From assembly GCF_964204645.1 (NCBI RefSeq), contig NC_134025.1, positions 15,066,001 through 15,130,000 of the forward strand: a DNA stretch of 64,000 nt, written 5' to 3'. The notes below the pieces were generated by a model that was not told the origin of the DNA, searched no databases, and saw only the letters and a list, made by a program, of their open reading frames with translations. Positions 26,397 to 37,303 of the stretch are shown in pieces (position 1 is the first letter of the stretch; each line of letters begins with the position of its first letter). A program made the translations under genes and the position numbers. Source of the stretch: Tubulanus polymorphus (Eukaryota > Animalia > Nemertea).

Positions 26397-28290
26397 GGGC
26401 GACAAAACCAAAATAATGAATTGTCGCGGGCAATAAAACCAAAATAATGAATTGTCTCATGCAACAAAACCAAAATAATGAATTGTCGCGGGCAATAAAA
26501 CCAAAATAATGAATTATCGCGGGCGATAAAACCAAAATATTGAATTGTCGCGGGCGATAAAACCAAAATATAAAACCAAAATAATGAATTGTCGCGGGCG
26601 TCAAAACCAAAAGAAGAATTGTCGCGGGCGACAAAACCAAAATAATGAATTGTCGCTGGAGATAAAACCAAAGTAATGAATTCTCGTGGGCGATAAAACC
26701 AAAATATTGAATTGTCGCGAGCGACAAAACCAAACTAATGAATTGTCGCGGGCGTCAAAACCAAAGAAAGAATTGTGGGGGCAACAAAACCAAAATAATG
26801 AATTGTCGGGCGACAAAACCAAAATGGTGAATTGTCCAGGCGACAAAACCAAAATGGTGAATTGTCGCGGGCGACAAAACCGAAATAATGAATTGTCGCG
26901 GGCGATAAAACCAAAATGATGAATTGTTTCGGGCGATAAAACCAAAATATTGAATTGTCGCGGGCGACAAAAACAAAACATTGAATTGTCGCGGGCGACA
27001 AAACCAAACTATTGAATTGTCGCGGGCGACAAAACCAAAAAAAGAATTGTCGCGGGCGACAAAACCAAAATGGTGAATTGTCGCGGGCAACAAAACCAAA
27101 AAAAAATTGTCGCGGACGACAAAAACAAAATATTAAAAAAAAATAATGAATTGTCTCGGGCGACAAAACCAAAAAGAAGAATTGTCGCGGGCGACAAAAC
27201 CAAAATAATGAATTGTCGCTGGAGATAAAACCAAAGTAATGAATTGTCGCGGGTGATAAAACCAAAATATTGAATTGTCGCGGGCGACAAAACCAAACTA
27301 ATGAATTGTCGCGGGCGACAAAACCAAAAAAAGAATTGTCGGGGCGACAAAACCAAAATAATGAATTGTTGCGGGCGATAAAACCAAAATAATGAATTGT
27401 CGCGGGCGACAAAACCAAAATGGTGAATTGTCGCGGGCGACAAAACCAAAAAAATGAATTGTCGCGGGCGATAAAACCGTAATAATCAATTGTCGCGGGC
27501 GATAAAACCAAAATAATGAATTATCGCGGGCGACAAAACCAAAATAATGAATTATCACGGGCCATAAAACCAAAATATTGAATTGTCGCGGGTGACAAAA
27601 CCAAAAGAAATTGTCGCGGGCGACAAAAACAAAATATAAAACCAAAATAATGAATTGTCGCGGGCGATAAAACCAAAATAATGAATTATCGCGGGCGACA
27701 AAACCAAAATAATGAATTATCGCGGGCGATAAAACCAAAATATTGAATTGTCACGGGCGGCAAAACCAAAAAAAATTGTCGCGGGCGACAAAAACAAAAT
27801 ATAAAACCAAAATAATGAATTGTCGCGGGCGACAAAACTAAAAAGAAGGATTGTCGCGGGCGACAAAACCAAAATAATGAATTGTCGCTGGCGATAAAAC
27901 CAAAGTAATGAATTGTCGTGGGCGATAAAACCAAAATATTGAATTTTTCGCGGGCGACAAAACCAAAATATTGAATTGTCGCAGGCGACAAAATCAAAAT
28001 CAAAATCATTGTTTTCACAAAACCAAAAAAAAAAAATTGTTGCGGGCGACAAAACCAAAGAAAAATTGTCGCGGGCGACAAAAACAAAATATAAAACCAA
28101 AATAATGAATTGTCGCGGGCGACAAAACTAAAAAGAAGGATTGTCGCGGGCGACAAAACCAAAATAATGAATTGTCGCTGGCGATAAAAGCAAAGTAATG
28201 AATTGTCGTGGGCGATAAAACCAAAATATTGAATTTTTCGCGGGCGACAAAACCAAAATATTGAATTGTCGCGGGCGACAAAATCAAAAT
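26397..28290. repeat. 31-bp satellite array, about 60 copies
   Basis: Same unit as 25043-25240, with variants and higher-order duplicated blocks. Confidence 0.95.
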
Positions 28291-28889
28291 CATTGTTTTC
28301 TTGCGTTATTTTATTTTTTGTCGTTTTGTCGTAATGTCGCCCTCGTTTGCATATTCGTGTTTTTTATCGTATCAGCCACCATACTTAAGCCTTAAGGTCG
28401 CGTAAAACTCGATAAACACTTCAAGCGACACAGCGAACGATCTCCTTTCCTCCACAGCGAACGCTTACTCCGAATGTCAAGTGTGAGTCCAGCCTACGGA
28501 TAGGAGTGTGTTGTATACTTGTATTTAGTAAATACCTTGTGGATTTGACAATGATCGGTATGTACTGTAGGAAATATAGAGTATTGATGGTATTGATATA
28601 GAGGTTGAAGCCCGCGGCCGAATAAAGTAATATATTTCTTTATTTTGATACCTCGTCGACATAACAGCTTTTCTCCGTTATATCTCTTGTTTAGTTTAGG
28701 CCTACGACTCCCCGGTACACTTATGATTTATCATAGTAAATACACGGTTAATTTGGTAAAGAAAAATAGGTATTGCTAAACTAACTGCTTGACGCCCGCA
28801 GCCAAATCACTGGTAGTTATAAATTAATTTGTACTCGATTTGATTCTCATGATGGGGAGAAACTCGCAGCTGATCCCCGGAACGACGAT

Positions 28890-29293
28890 AGTAATAGGGA
28901 ATATCTTGTTTCAGGCCAAAGGTCGAACGGTCGAGTTCATTAAAAAACAAAACATTAAAATTAATTTAAAACTATAATATATTTTCATAACCGTGTGCAT
29001 TTTATATTAAAACTAAATATTTATTCTAAGATATCAATAACCTAAAAAGCATATTGTATTAAATCAATTGGTCGCTCCACTTCGCTACCGCTCCGCTCCG
29101 CGACCAATTGATTTATTTACAATACACAAATTCATATAATCAAATATATTTAAATAATAATAATTATTCTATTATTCAACTGAAATACACACGGTTATGA
29201 AAACATATTATAGTTTTAAATTACTTTTAATATATGTTTCTAATGAACTCGACCATTCAACCTTTAACCTGAAACAAGATATTCCCTATTACT
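28890..29293. repeat. Terminal fold-back hairpin of Polinton C
   Basis: AGTAATAGGGAATATCTTGTTTCAGG... pairs with ...CCTGAAACAAGATATTCCCTATTACT over about 110 bp. A loosely paired middle section leads to an inner stem AAATCAATTGGTCGC/GCGACCAATTGATTT. Confidence 0.92.
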
Positions 29294-29373
29294 CTTAAAA
29301 TATTCATATAAATGAATAACATTTAAATCATTGAACTTCTAATATCAATTTTAATAAAAAATTTAGTATTAAA

Positions 29374-29610
29374 ATGGAAGCAAATAAGTACTACTGTCCA
29401 ACATGTAATATCAATATAGATAAATCCCAAAATGCAAGACACAATAAAACTAAAACACATTTAGAGAATAAATTGAAACTAGAATATTTACAGTTATATT
29501 CAGAACAGTTAACAAAAGCAAAGAAATTTATTGAATTATGGAATAATGATCCAAATAATGAACAATACGTTGAGGATCCGATGTTTATACTAGAACATGA
29601 TTCTATTTGA
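29374..29610 (+). CDS. Chimeric ORF: TIR-encoded PolB N-terminal Zn finger joined to an HNH-gene C-terminal tail
   Basis: The first 38 aa match the PolB start. LQLYSEQLTKAKKFIELWNNDPNNEQYVE matches the tail of 30624-31298. Confidence 0.6.
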   Translation: MEANKYYCPTCNINIDKSQNARHNKTKTHLENKLKLEYLQLYSEQLTKAKKFIELWNNDPNNEQYVEDPMFILEHDSI

Positions 29611-30623
29611 GCCTATATACATTCAATGTACAGAGCTATGGAATAAATCTATAAATTCACAGCTGTTACAGCTGTTACTATGACGCCGAGACTTATGACT
29701 CATTATTACAAACGTGCAGAGAGAGAACACTCTAGAACCGGAACCAGATGACGTGGCAAGAAATGAATATACGCTGTAATATTGTGCTCAGGATATTCTA
29801 TCTTTCGAAACGAAATTAGGAGTTTATAGTTTACAATTATAAATCTAAATGTAAGTACTGTTTGTTGTAGTTATTAAGGCTATTAAATATGAAACTTTTA
29901 GATATATTTAAGTGTATTTAGTATATCTTTTAGATGGCTAGAGTTGCCGCTAATATCTTTTAGATCAATAAAACGCCATACACATCAAGAAGTGATAGAG
30001 AAACTGAAGATACTCTTTCTGACTGAGGAATCAACAACAATGGATATCAAACCAATAGAATCACCAAAAGATCGAAGAAGAAATATAATAATTTCAAAAA
30101 CATTAAGACTCCAATGATTAAGTTTAACATTTGTTGATATAGTTAAATATTTACCAGCAATTGAAAAAATGTTTGTAATTATAAATTGTATTTATAGAAA
30201 TCAAATGATGTATTGGAAGAAATGACTGAACATATTTGTATAATATATTGTGTAAATCTGTTTGGTGAATTTTTATGTTCAGTCGTTTCAATAATAAATA
30301 TATAATTATGATTAACGCATGCGCATTAAGCAAAAGCGCGCATGAATGCGCGGTTTTACCTAGTGCGAACACGTTTTGATATTTTATATCGGTCGTTTCT
30401 ATTTTACAGAATTTACAGAATGAATATATAATTATGATAAACGCATGCGCATTGATCCAAACCGGGCCTGAATGCGCGGTTTTGCCCAGTGGTATTATTT
30501 AGATATCAAGGAATCGAAACACTTTATCAAAAGCAGCGAGGAATGAAAAAGGATGACGTTGGTTGAAGAAATGGAAGAGGATTCTAAAATATTAACCAAT
30601 TTAATAAAAAATACGTATAATAA

Positions 30624-31298
30624 ATGGAACCAGAACAACCACAAATTATCAATATTACAAATAACACTGGTGTTATAAATATATATTACAAGAAGTGTTC
30701 TAAGTGTGAATTAGATAAATCATTAACAGAATTTAGTAAGCGTAAGATTAGCAAAGATGGTTTTCAATATTGTTGTAAAACTTGTACTAAACTATATACC
30801 AAACAATATCGAGAAGATAATATAGAACATTATAATTATTATATGGCAGAATATATGAGAGAAAGATATCAAACAGATCTTAATTTTAGATTGAAACAAT
30901 GTTTAAGATCTAGATTAACACAATTATTCAACAAAGAAACACATTCAGAAACGCTATCTAATCTATTGGGTTGTTCAGATGAATTTCTCAAATCATGGAT
31001 TATATTTCAATTCGATGATAAAATGAATATAGATAATTATGGGGATTATTACCATATTGATCACGTGTTACCAATATCTAAATTTAACATGAATGATGAA
31101 TACAATAAAAAACTTATTTGGAATTGGAAGAATTTAAGACCTTTAGAAAAGAAAGAAAATCAAATCAAATCTGATAAACTAGATTTTCAGTTATATTTGG
31201 ATCAATTAGATAAAGCAAAGACATTCATTGATCAATGGAACAATATTCCAAATAATGAACAATACGTTGAGGAATTTGATATCAAGGATCCGAAATGA
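30624..31298 (+). CDS. Zn-finger plus HNH-like endonuclease (large-DNA-virus type)
   Basis: CSKC...CKTC followed by HIDHVLPISKF...WNWKNLRPLEKKEN. The 224-aa ORF is intact. Confidence 0.75.
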   Translation: MEPEQPQIINITNNTGVINIYYKKCSKCELDKSLTEFSKRKISKDGFQYCCKTCTKLYTKQYREDNIEHYNYYMAEYMRERYQTDLNFRLKQCLRSRLTQLFNKETHSETLSNLLGCSDEFLKSWIIFQFDDKMNIDNYGDYYHIDHVLPISKFNMNDEYNKKLIWNWKNLRPLEKKENQIKSDKLDFQLYLDQLDKAKTFIDQWNNIPNNEQYVEEFDIKDPK

Positions 31299-31604
31299 CT
31301 TATCTGGACAGTTATAGTTACTGCTCCTAATAGATAAACAAAAGTAGTGAGATAATCTAAATCCTAATTTAAATAAAAAGTATTTAAAAAACAATAACTT
31401 CAACTAGCTAGTGAATTCTATTATATTTTGAATACTTTCTTTTTAAAAAGAGAATACTTTATATTTTGAATAGATCCGAATAGAAATTCTTTAAATTCAA
31501 ATAGCTAGTATCAGTAGTCAATACTAGAGTTCTTTAACTTTAACTATCTAGTATCATTTGAAGAATACTTATAATATTTTTTTTGCTTTTTTTCTCTAAT
31601 ATAA

Positions 31605-32207
31605 ATGTCAAAGAAATCTAATAAGAATAGTATTGATATTGAAAAGACATTAGATGATTTAGGTATAAGTGATAATAAAGATACAGTTGTTTCTAATTCT
31701 ATTCAAGTTAATAACAATATAGATTATGAATACTATTTATATTGTAAGCATCATCTAGAACTATTGATTGCCAGTGGAAAATCTAAGGATTTCTTGGGAA
31801 AAATAATAACTTTTCAAGAATTAGATGCTATGAAACCCGATAAAGTAATAAAATATTTTAAGATTTATGAAGAGTCAAGATTAGCTAGAATAAATGATTC
31901 TATTTCAAATGGTATTGTCAAATGTTATTCTAAGTTATGTAACCGGTTAATACCAATTGATGATGAAAATAAATTATATAATGATTTGAAAAATGACTAC
32001 TTAGTTATGACTGAATTACAAAAATGGGTGGGATATGCTTCATTTCAATTAGGATCGGTTATGACATTAATTTCTACTGGTGTCATAACATTTTCGAATA
32101 TCAAGCCTATGGAATATAAATCAGGTAAGAATGAAACAGATGTACTACAACCAAACGTCGAAACAGAAAATGAATCAGAACAAAAATTAACTAAAATAAA
32201 TGAGTGA
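31605..32207 (+). CDS. Polinton hypothetical protein
   Basis: Intact 200-aa ORF with a TAAATG start, conserved in copy A. Confidence 0.8.
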   Translation: MSKKSNKNSIDIEKTLDDLGISDNKDTVVSNSIQVNNNIDYEYYLYCKHHLELLIASGKSKDFLGKIITFQELDAMKPDKVIKYFKIYEESRLARINDSISNGIVKCYSKLCNRLIPIDDENKLYNDLKNDYLVMTELQKWVGYASFQLGSVMTLISTGVITFSNIKPMEYKSGKNETDVLQPNVETENESEQKLTKINE

Positions 32208-32571
32208 TGGAGTTAAGAAAAAGGCTAGATCCGAGAAACAAATTAAATGGGCAAGAGAATTAGGTAAAAGATCTTCAGAATTAAAAAAAGCTAAGAAAAA
32301 GAAATTAACTGATATAAATGAATCACAGACTTTATCTGATATTAATTCAAATAATAATCCATCTAATTCTTCTAATGCTGGAAGTAATAATTACTTATAT
32401 ATTACAATTGGATTAGTAACAGTTATTATATTATCCGGTGTAATATATAAATCAAAATTCAAATCTGATGATAACAATAATGATTCCAATGACAATAAAC
32501 CTATCATACCAGAAAATAAGTCAAATCATAAAGCCATTGAAACTAAATCTAAATTATTATTAATGGATTAA
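32200..32571 (+). CDS. Basic single-TM protein
   Basis: Basic N-terminus and TM segment YLYITIGLVTVIILSGVIY. Conserved in copy A. Confidence 0.75.
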   Translation: MSDGVKKKARSEKQIKWARELGKRSSELKKAKKKKLTDINESQTLSDINSNNNPSNSSNAGSNNYLYITIGLVTVIILSGVIYKSKFKSDDNNNDSNDNKPIIPENKSNHKAIETKSKLLLMD

Positions 32572-32577
32572 AATAAG

Positions 32578-33659
32578 ATGAAAAAAGAACAATATTTAAG
32601 AGATTTATATTATAACCCAGAAAGTGAAGTATCATATTCTAACGTTTCAGAATTATGGAATAAAATTAAATCTGATAATAGTGATATAAAATATAGTGAA
32701 TTAAAATCATGGTTACAAAACCAACCAACATATCAAATCCACAAGAAAATGGATAAAACTTATTTAACAAGAAAAGTTATGGTTTCATATATCGATCAAC
32801 AATGGCAAGCAGATTTAATTGACATGAAGAACGTAGAAGAATACAACTAAGGATATTTCTGGATACTGAATGTTATAGACATATTCAGTAGATACGCATG
32901 GTCAATTCCAATCAAAAATAAAACTGGAAAGTAACAAATGCTTCTAAATCTATATTTAAAGAAGCTATTCCAGATAAGATACAATTTGATGAAGGTAAGG
33001 AATTCTATAACAAACATTTTAAAAAACTATTATCTGATAACGATGTAGATTATTTTTCAACACACTCAGATAAAAAAGCATCTATTATAGAAAGGTTTAA
33101 TAAAACATTGAAAACTAGAATGTGGAAATATTTTACTGCTAATGAAACATATAAATATATCGATGTGTTAGATGATTTAGTGAAAGGTTATAATAATTCT
33201 AAACATAGTTCTATAAATATGAAACCTATACAAGCTAGAAAAGAAGATAATTCGGAAATAGTTTGGAATAATTTATATGGTGCGTTTGTTACACATGATT
33301 TCGGTGAACCTAGATTCAAAATTGGACAACACGTTAGAATATCTAAATATAGAAAAACATTTTATAAAGGTTATACCCCTAATTTTACTGAAGAAATATT
33401 TAAAATTAAAAAGATAATATTAACTAAACCTTTTGTTTATAAATTAGAAGATCTAAAAGATGAAGAAATATTAGGTTATTTCTATGAACAAGAATTATCA
33501 CTTGTACCAAATCCAGATGAAATAGAATATAAAATAGAAAAAGTATTGAAAACAAAAACTCTTAAAGGAAAAAAGTATTCTTTGGTGAAATATAAAGGAT
33601 ACGATGATAAATTTAATGAATGGATTCTATCTAGTAAAATCAAAAGAATAAATGAATAA
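32578..33659 (+). pseudogene. int: RVE (retroviral-type) integrase with chromodomain
   Basis: WQADLIDM, DIFSRYAW, FDEGKEF and IERFNKTLK, with C-terminal YKIEKVLK..LVKYKGYDDKFNEW. Has a stop at 32848-32850 and a frameshift. Confidence 0.92.
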
Positions 33660-34266
33660 AGATTTATTTATATTTGAACCGCATAATATGTTAGTTACTG
33701 GAGTAACCAATTGTGGTAAAACACATTTCATATTAGATTTGTTAGAAACTATTTATAAAAATCATTTTGATAATATAATATTATTCTGTCCTACTTATGA
33801 AATGAATAAAACATATAATAGAGATATAGTTAAGATAAAAAAGTTTATTATATTAAATCCTAAAACAGTAAAAGAAAATTTAGATAATTGTATTAAAATA
33901 GCAATTGATACTTATAAAGGATCAAATACATTATTCATTATAGATGATTGTGCAAATTCACATGATTCAAAAGTTAGAGAAAGTGAGTTATGTTATCTAG
34001 CTTTCTCTGGGAGACATTTTGGGATAACAACATGCATGGTTTTAAATCAAAAATATAATTCAATTGTTAAAGACTTTAGGGAGAATATAAGATTTCTTGT
34101 TTTATTCTACAATAAAGATAGAAAATCTATGCAACAATCATTGGAAGAAAATCAAATTACACCTACTGAATTACATGATGAATATATGAATAAATTAAAG
34201 AATAATAAAGGTTCAAAATTATTACTGAGATTACAATTTCCCTATGAATATAAATTTATAAAATAA
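33652..34266 (+). CDS. A32/FtsK-like genome packaging ATPase
   Basis: Walker A GVTNCGKT, Walker B LFIIDD and the SGRH motif. Confidence 0.9.
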   Translation: MNKDLFIFEPHNMLVTGVTNCGKTHFILDLLETIYKNHFDNIILFCPTYEMNKTYNRDIVKIKKFIILNPKTVKENLDNCIKIAIDTYKGSNTLFIIDDCANSHDSKVRESELCYLAFSGRHFGITTCMVLNQKYNSIVKDFRENIRFLVLFYNKDRKSMQQSLEENQITPTELHDEYMNKLKNNKGSKLLLRLQFPYEYKFIK

Positions 34267-34410
34267 CTATTTATATATCTATCTATCAAATACGTATTGA
34301 ATACGTATTAAATACGTATTAATGTATTCAATACTTAAAACCCCTTTTTTAAAATAAATATTATTCATATAATTTTCAACCAATTTATTTTTATTTTTTT
34401 CACTATATAA

Positions 34411-34752
34411 ATGAATATAACTGTTGGACCGAGTATATGTTTTGGGTTTGATTTTAAACATGGTAAAGAAATGAGAATTAAACTAAATGTTGTAATTACT
34501 GATATAAAAAGTAAATCATTTAACAATGCGTCAATGATTGATAAAGAAAATTATAATATAGAAAAAGTAATTGATTTAATTAAATCACCTTTAGAATATT
34601 ATGAATTAAATGAAGATGGAATTATTGATGATATTAAAAACATATTATCCAAAATATATGATAATCATAAAAGTAGTAATGAAATAAATGTTGAATTAAT
34701 CATCACTAAGATAACTAAATATTTTGATGATAGTAATTTTTTTGATAAATAA
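34411..34752 (+). CDS. Polinton hypothetical protein
   Basis: Intact ORF with a TAAATG start. Its N-terminus recurs at 53919. Confidence 0.7.
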   Translation: MNITVGPSICFGFDFKHGKEMRIKLNVVITDIKSKSFNNASMIDKENYNIEKVIDLIKSPLEYYELNEDGIIDDIKNILSKIYDNHKSSNEINVELIITKITKYFDDSNFFDK

Positions 34753-34974
34753 ATGAGTGATAATAAGTGGATAATAACTGGATTATATAATGGCGCATTA
34801 CTATCAGTTGGAACTGTTGGTTATTCAATGGTATTAAAAAAAGTATTTAAAATGGGAAGTGTTAATGTTGATAGATTTGATATAAATGATATTTTAAAAT
34901 TAACATTAGCAGTTACTTTATCTAATTTAACTATTGATTATTTAGAAAAACAAAAATATATTCCTCCCATATAA
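34753..34974 (+). CDS. Small hydrophobic protein
   Basis: 73 aa with two hydrophobic segments. The ATG abuts the previous stop codon. Confidence 0.65.
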   Translation: MSDNKWIITGLYNGALLSVGTVGYSMVLKKVFKMGSVNVDRFDINDILKLTLAVTLSNLTIDYLEKQKYIPPI

Positions 34975-34998
34975 ATGCATAATTTTTTTGCTAAATAA

Positions 34999-35421
34999 AT
35001 GGCTTCTGCAATTATAACTATTATAGGATCGGCAATTGTTAACGCTTTGGCATTTACTGGTGGTGGATATTTATTTAAACATATTGGTAAAAATAGTTCA
35101 TTAGGAGAACAAAGAAGACATAACTTAGCATTAGAGAAATATAATAAAGCTGCAGAAGAATATAGAGAAAAACGACAAAACTATATGGATTACATAAATA
35201 AAGAATTATATGATCAGAAGATTTCACATAGAGATTTTCAAACAGTTGATGATGCAATGAGTTTATATAACGCGGTAACCAATAAAGAAAAATTACATCT
35301 ATACAAACCTAAATTATCAGATTATTATACCCCGAGTAAAGAACAGCAGAAATATGAAATAATATGGATTTTAGGTGGAACTGTTATTGTTATATTTGTT
35401 GCTTATAAGTTTACTAATTAG
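34999..35421 (+). CDS. Membrane-associated protein
   Basis: Hydrophobic N-terminus (IIGSAIVNALAFTGG), coiled coil and C-terminal TM segment. Confidence 0.75.
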   Translation: MASAIITIIGSAIVNALAFTGGGYLFKHIGKNSSLGEQRRHNLALEKYNKAAEEYREKRQNYMDYINKELYDQKISHRDFQTVDDAMSLYNAVTNKEKLHLYKPKLSDYYTPSKEQQKYEIIWILGGTVIVIFVAYKFTN

Positions 35422-35442
35422 TAATTTTTTTTTGTTAAATAA

Positions 35443-35877
35443 ATGGAAGATAAAGTTGATAATATTGATATCATTCCTCATGATATAAATAAAACTAAAT
35501 TAAAAACATATTTAGAAAAACAAATATTAGAATTTGAAAGTGACTTAAAAGTTAAAAAGAAAAAATATTTAAAAAGTAAAATTATATATTATTTGATTAT
35601 TAGTGGTTCGGTTACAATTAGTTCTGTAATAACATTTCTAGCAATATTCAGTCCATTAACACCTTTAGCTATATCAATTGGTGTGTTAGGATTAAGTTCA
35701 AGTGTTTTAACCGGTATAAGTTCAAAATTAAATATAAAAAGTAATAAAGAAAAAATTAAAACTAATATAAAAGAAATTAATAAATTAAAGAACACACTAG
35801 ATTATATCATGAGTTTAAATGGTCATATAACAGTTGAAGAACAAGATAAATTATTAAAAGAATTAATAAATTATTAA
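35443..35877 (+). CDS. Two-TM hairpin protein, possibly the adintovirus membrane-active (gasderminX-like) type
   Basis: A central hydrophobic hairpin is flanked by basic helices and followed by NGHITVEEQDKLLKELINY. The family assignment is by recollection only. Confidence 0.5.
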   Translation: MEDKVDNIDIIPHDINKTKLKTYLEKQILEFESDLKVKKKKYLKSKIIYYLIISGSVTISSVITFLAIFSPLTPLAISIGVLGLSSSVLTGISSKLNIKSNKEKIKTNIKEINKLKNTLDYIMSLNGHITVEEQDKLLKELINY

Positions 35878-35893
35878 TTTTTTAATTATATAA

Positions 35894-37287
35894 ATGCCAG
35901 ATAGTTTTCCAAAAGCTTTCCAATATAATAAATCAATTAAATATAATATTCCAGCAATAGATTTTAATAAAGATATTACATATAGAAATATAGTTTAAGA
36001 TTCATCAACTAATTTAGAAATTTATGTTACTGAAACTAATAATTTTAATGCAAAGATGGAAAATATATTTCATGTATATTTAATTAATTTTAAAAAATTG
36101 AAAGATGAAAAACAATGGTTATTAAAATCTAACATGAAGTATTGGCAGAATCAATTAAATTTTGCTGTTTATTGTGCAACAACAGGATGTGGAATTAGTT
36201 GGAATGATCATTTGAATAATTCTAAATATAAATTAATTCAAAGTTTATTTAGATTTCATACATACTTTCAAATCAGAATAATATTAAATGAATTAGAGTG
36301 CGCTTTACCAGGATCAAGATATTTTAAAGAATTAGATAATAATATTAATTTATCTAAGTTTTATAAAATTTGCAATTAATTGAATTTGATATAGATATAA
36401 ATAATTCTGATTTTAGAACAAAAATTGGAACAATCAGATCACTTCCTTGCCCTAAAAAGATTGCAGAATATTGTGCACTTCCCATACCATCTAATAGTTT
36501 TTATAATATCTATAATAATAAATTAGGTTATGGTAAAATAGAAACTAAGGATTTAGAAACATTAAATTTCAATAAATTACCGAAATTTTATGATCATTTA
36601 AAACAAGAAAACAATAATGGTTGGGTTTATTTTATTTTAGAAAATAGTGAAGGTTTTACTAAATCAGGTATAGAAAGAATAAATCAATCTATTAGAACTT
36701 ATTTGATTTGTATTCTAGGATCACAAGTTGAAACAAGATCACCGATAATTGGAAATTTAAATACATCATTCGATACACAAAAACAATTCAAAGTATTATT
36801 TGAAGATTCCATACATAATGATAAAAATAGATCGATACCAGAAAACATTATAAGATATCAAAATTATTTAGATAAATCTCATGTAAGGCTTAATTATTGT
36901 ATAGGCCCTAATCTATTAATTATTTCTAATGATTTAGTATTAAAGATGGGAAACATAATTGGTTATAATAATCTAATTAAAACTGCAACAATAAATAATT
37001 CATTTGGATTGAATGATATAAATAAAAAGATTATTACTGCTCCAAAATTAATGGAAGGCGAAAAAAATAAAAAACACATTCAATCAACTGAAACTAAAAC
37101 TAATAATATTAAATTAAATAATGATTCTAAAATAAAAGATTATAATACATCAGAAGATATAAAAACTGATATTATTCAACATGATATAATTAAACTAAAT
37201 AATAATAATAAATCCCATGAAAATACTAAATTAGCTATAACTTGTATAGGAATTGTAATCGGAGGAATATTATATTTTGAATTTTAA
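35894..37287 (+). pseudogene. Large Polinton hypothetical protein with C-terminal TM, broken
   Basis: ATG at 35894, pieces at 36056-36379 and 36370-37287, and the motif WQNQLNFAVYCATTGCG. The 3' part recurs at 54040-54414. Confidence 0.7.
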
Positions 37288-37303
37288 TTTTTTTATTATG
37301 TAA

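Noticed and set aside
26397-28290. Possible CRISPR array
   Set aside because: Units are head-to-tail with no unique spacers, there are no cas genes, and the context is eukaryotic.
26372-28293. Many overlapping minus-strand ORFs (VLSPATIHYFGF...)
   Set aside because: They are translations of the 31-bp satellite, not genes.
28884-28889. 6-bp Polinton target-site duplication
   Set aside because: No copy retains both outer ends, so no TSD can be verified.
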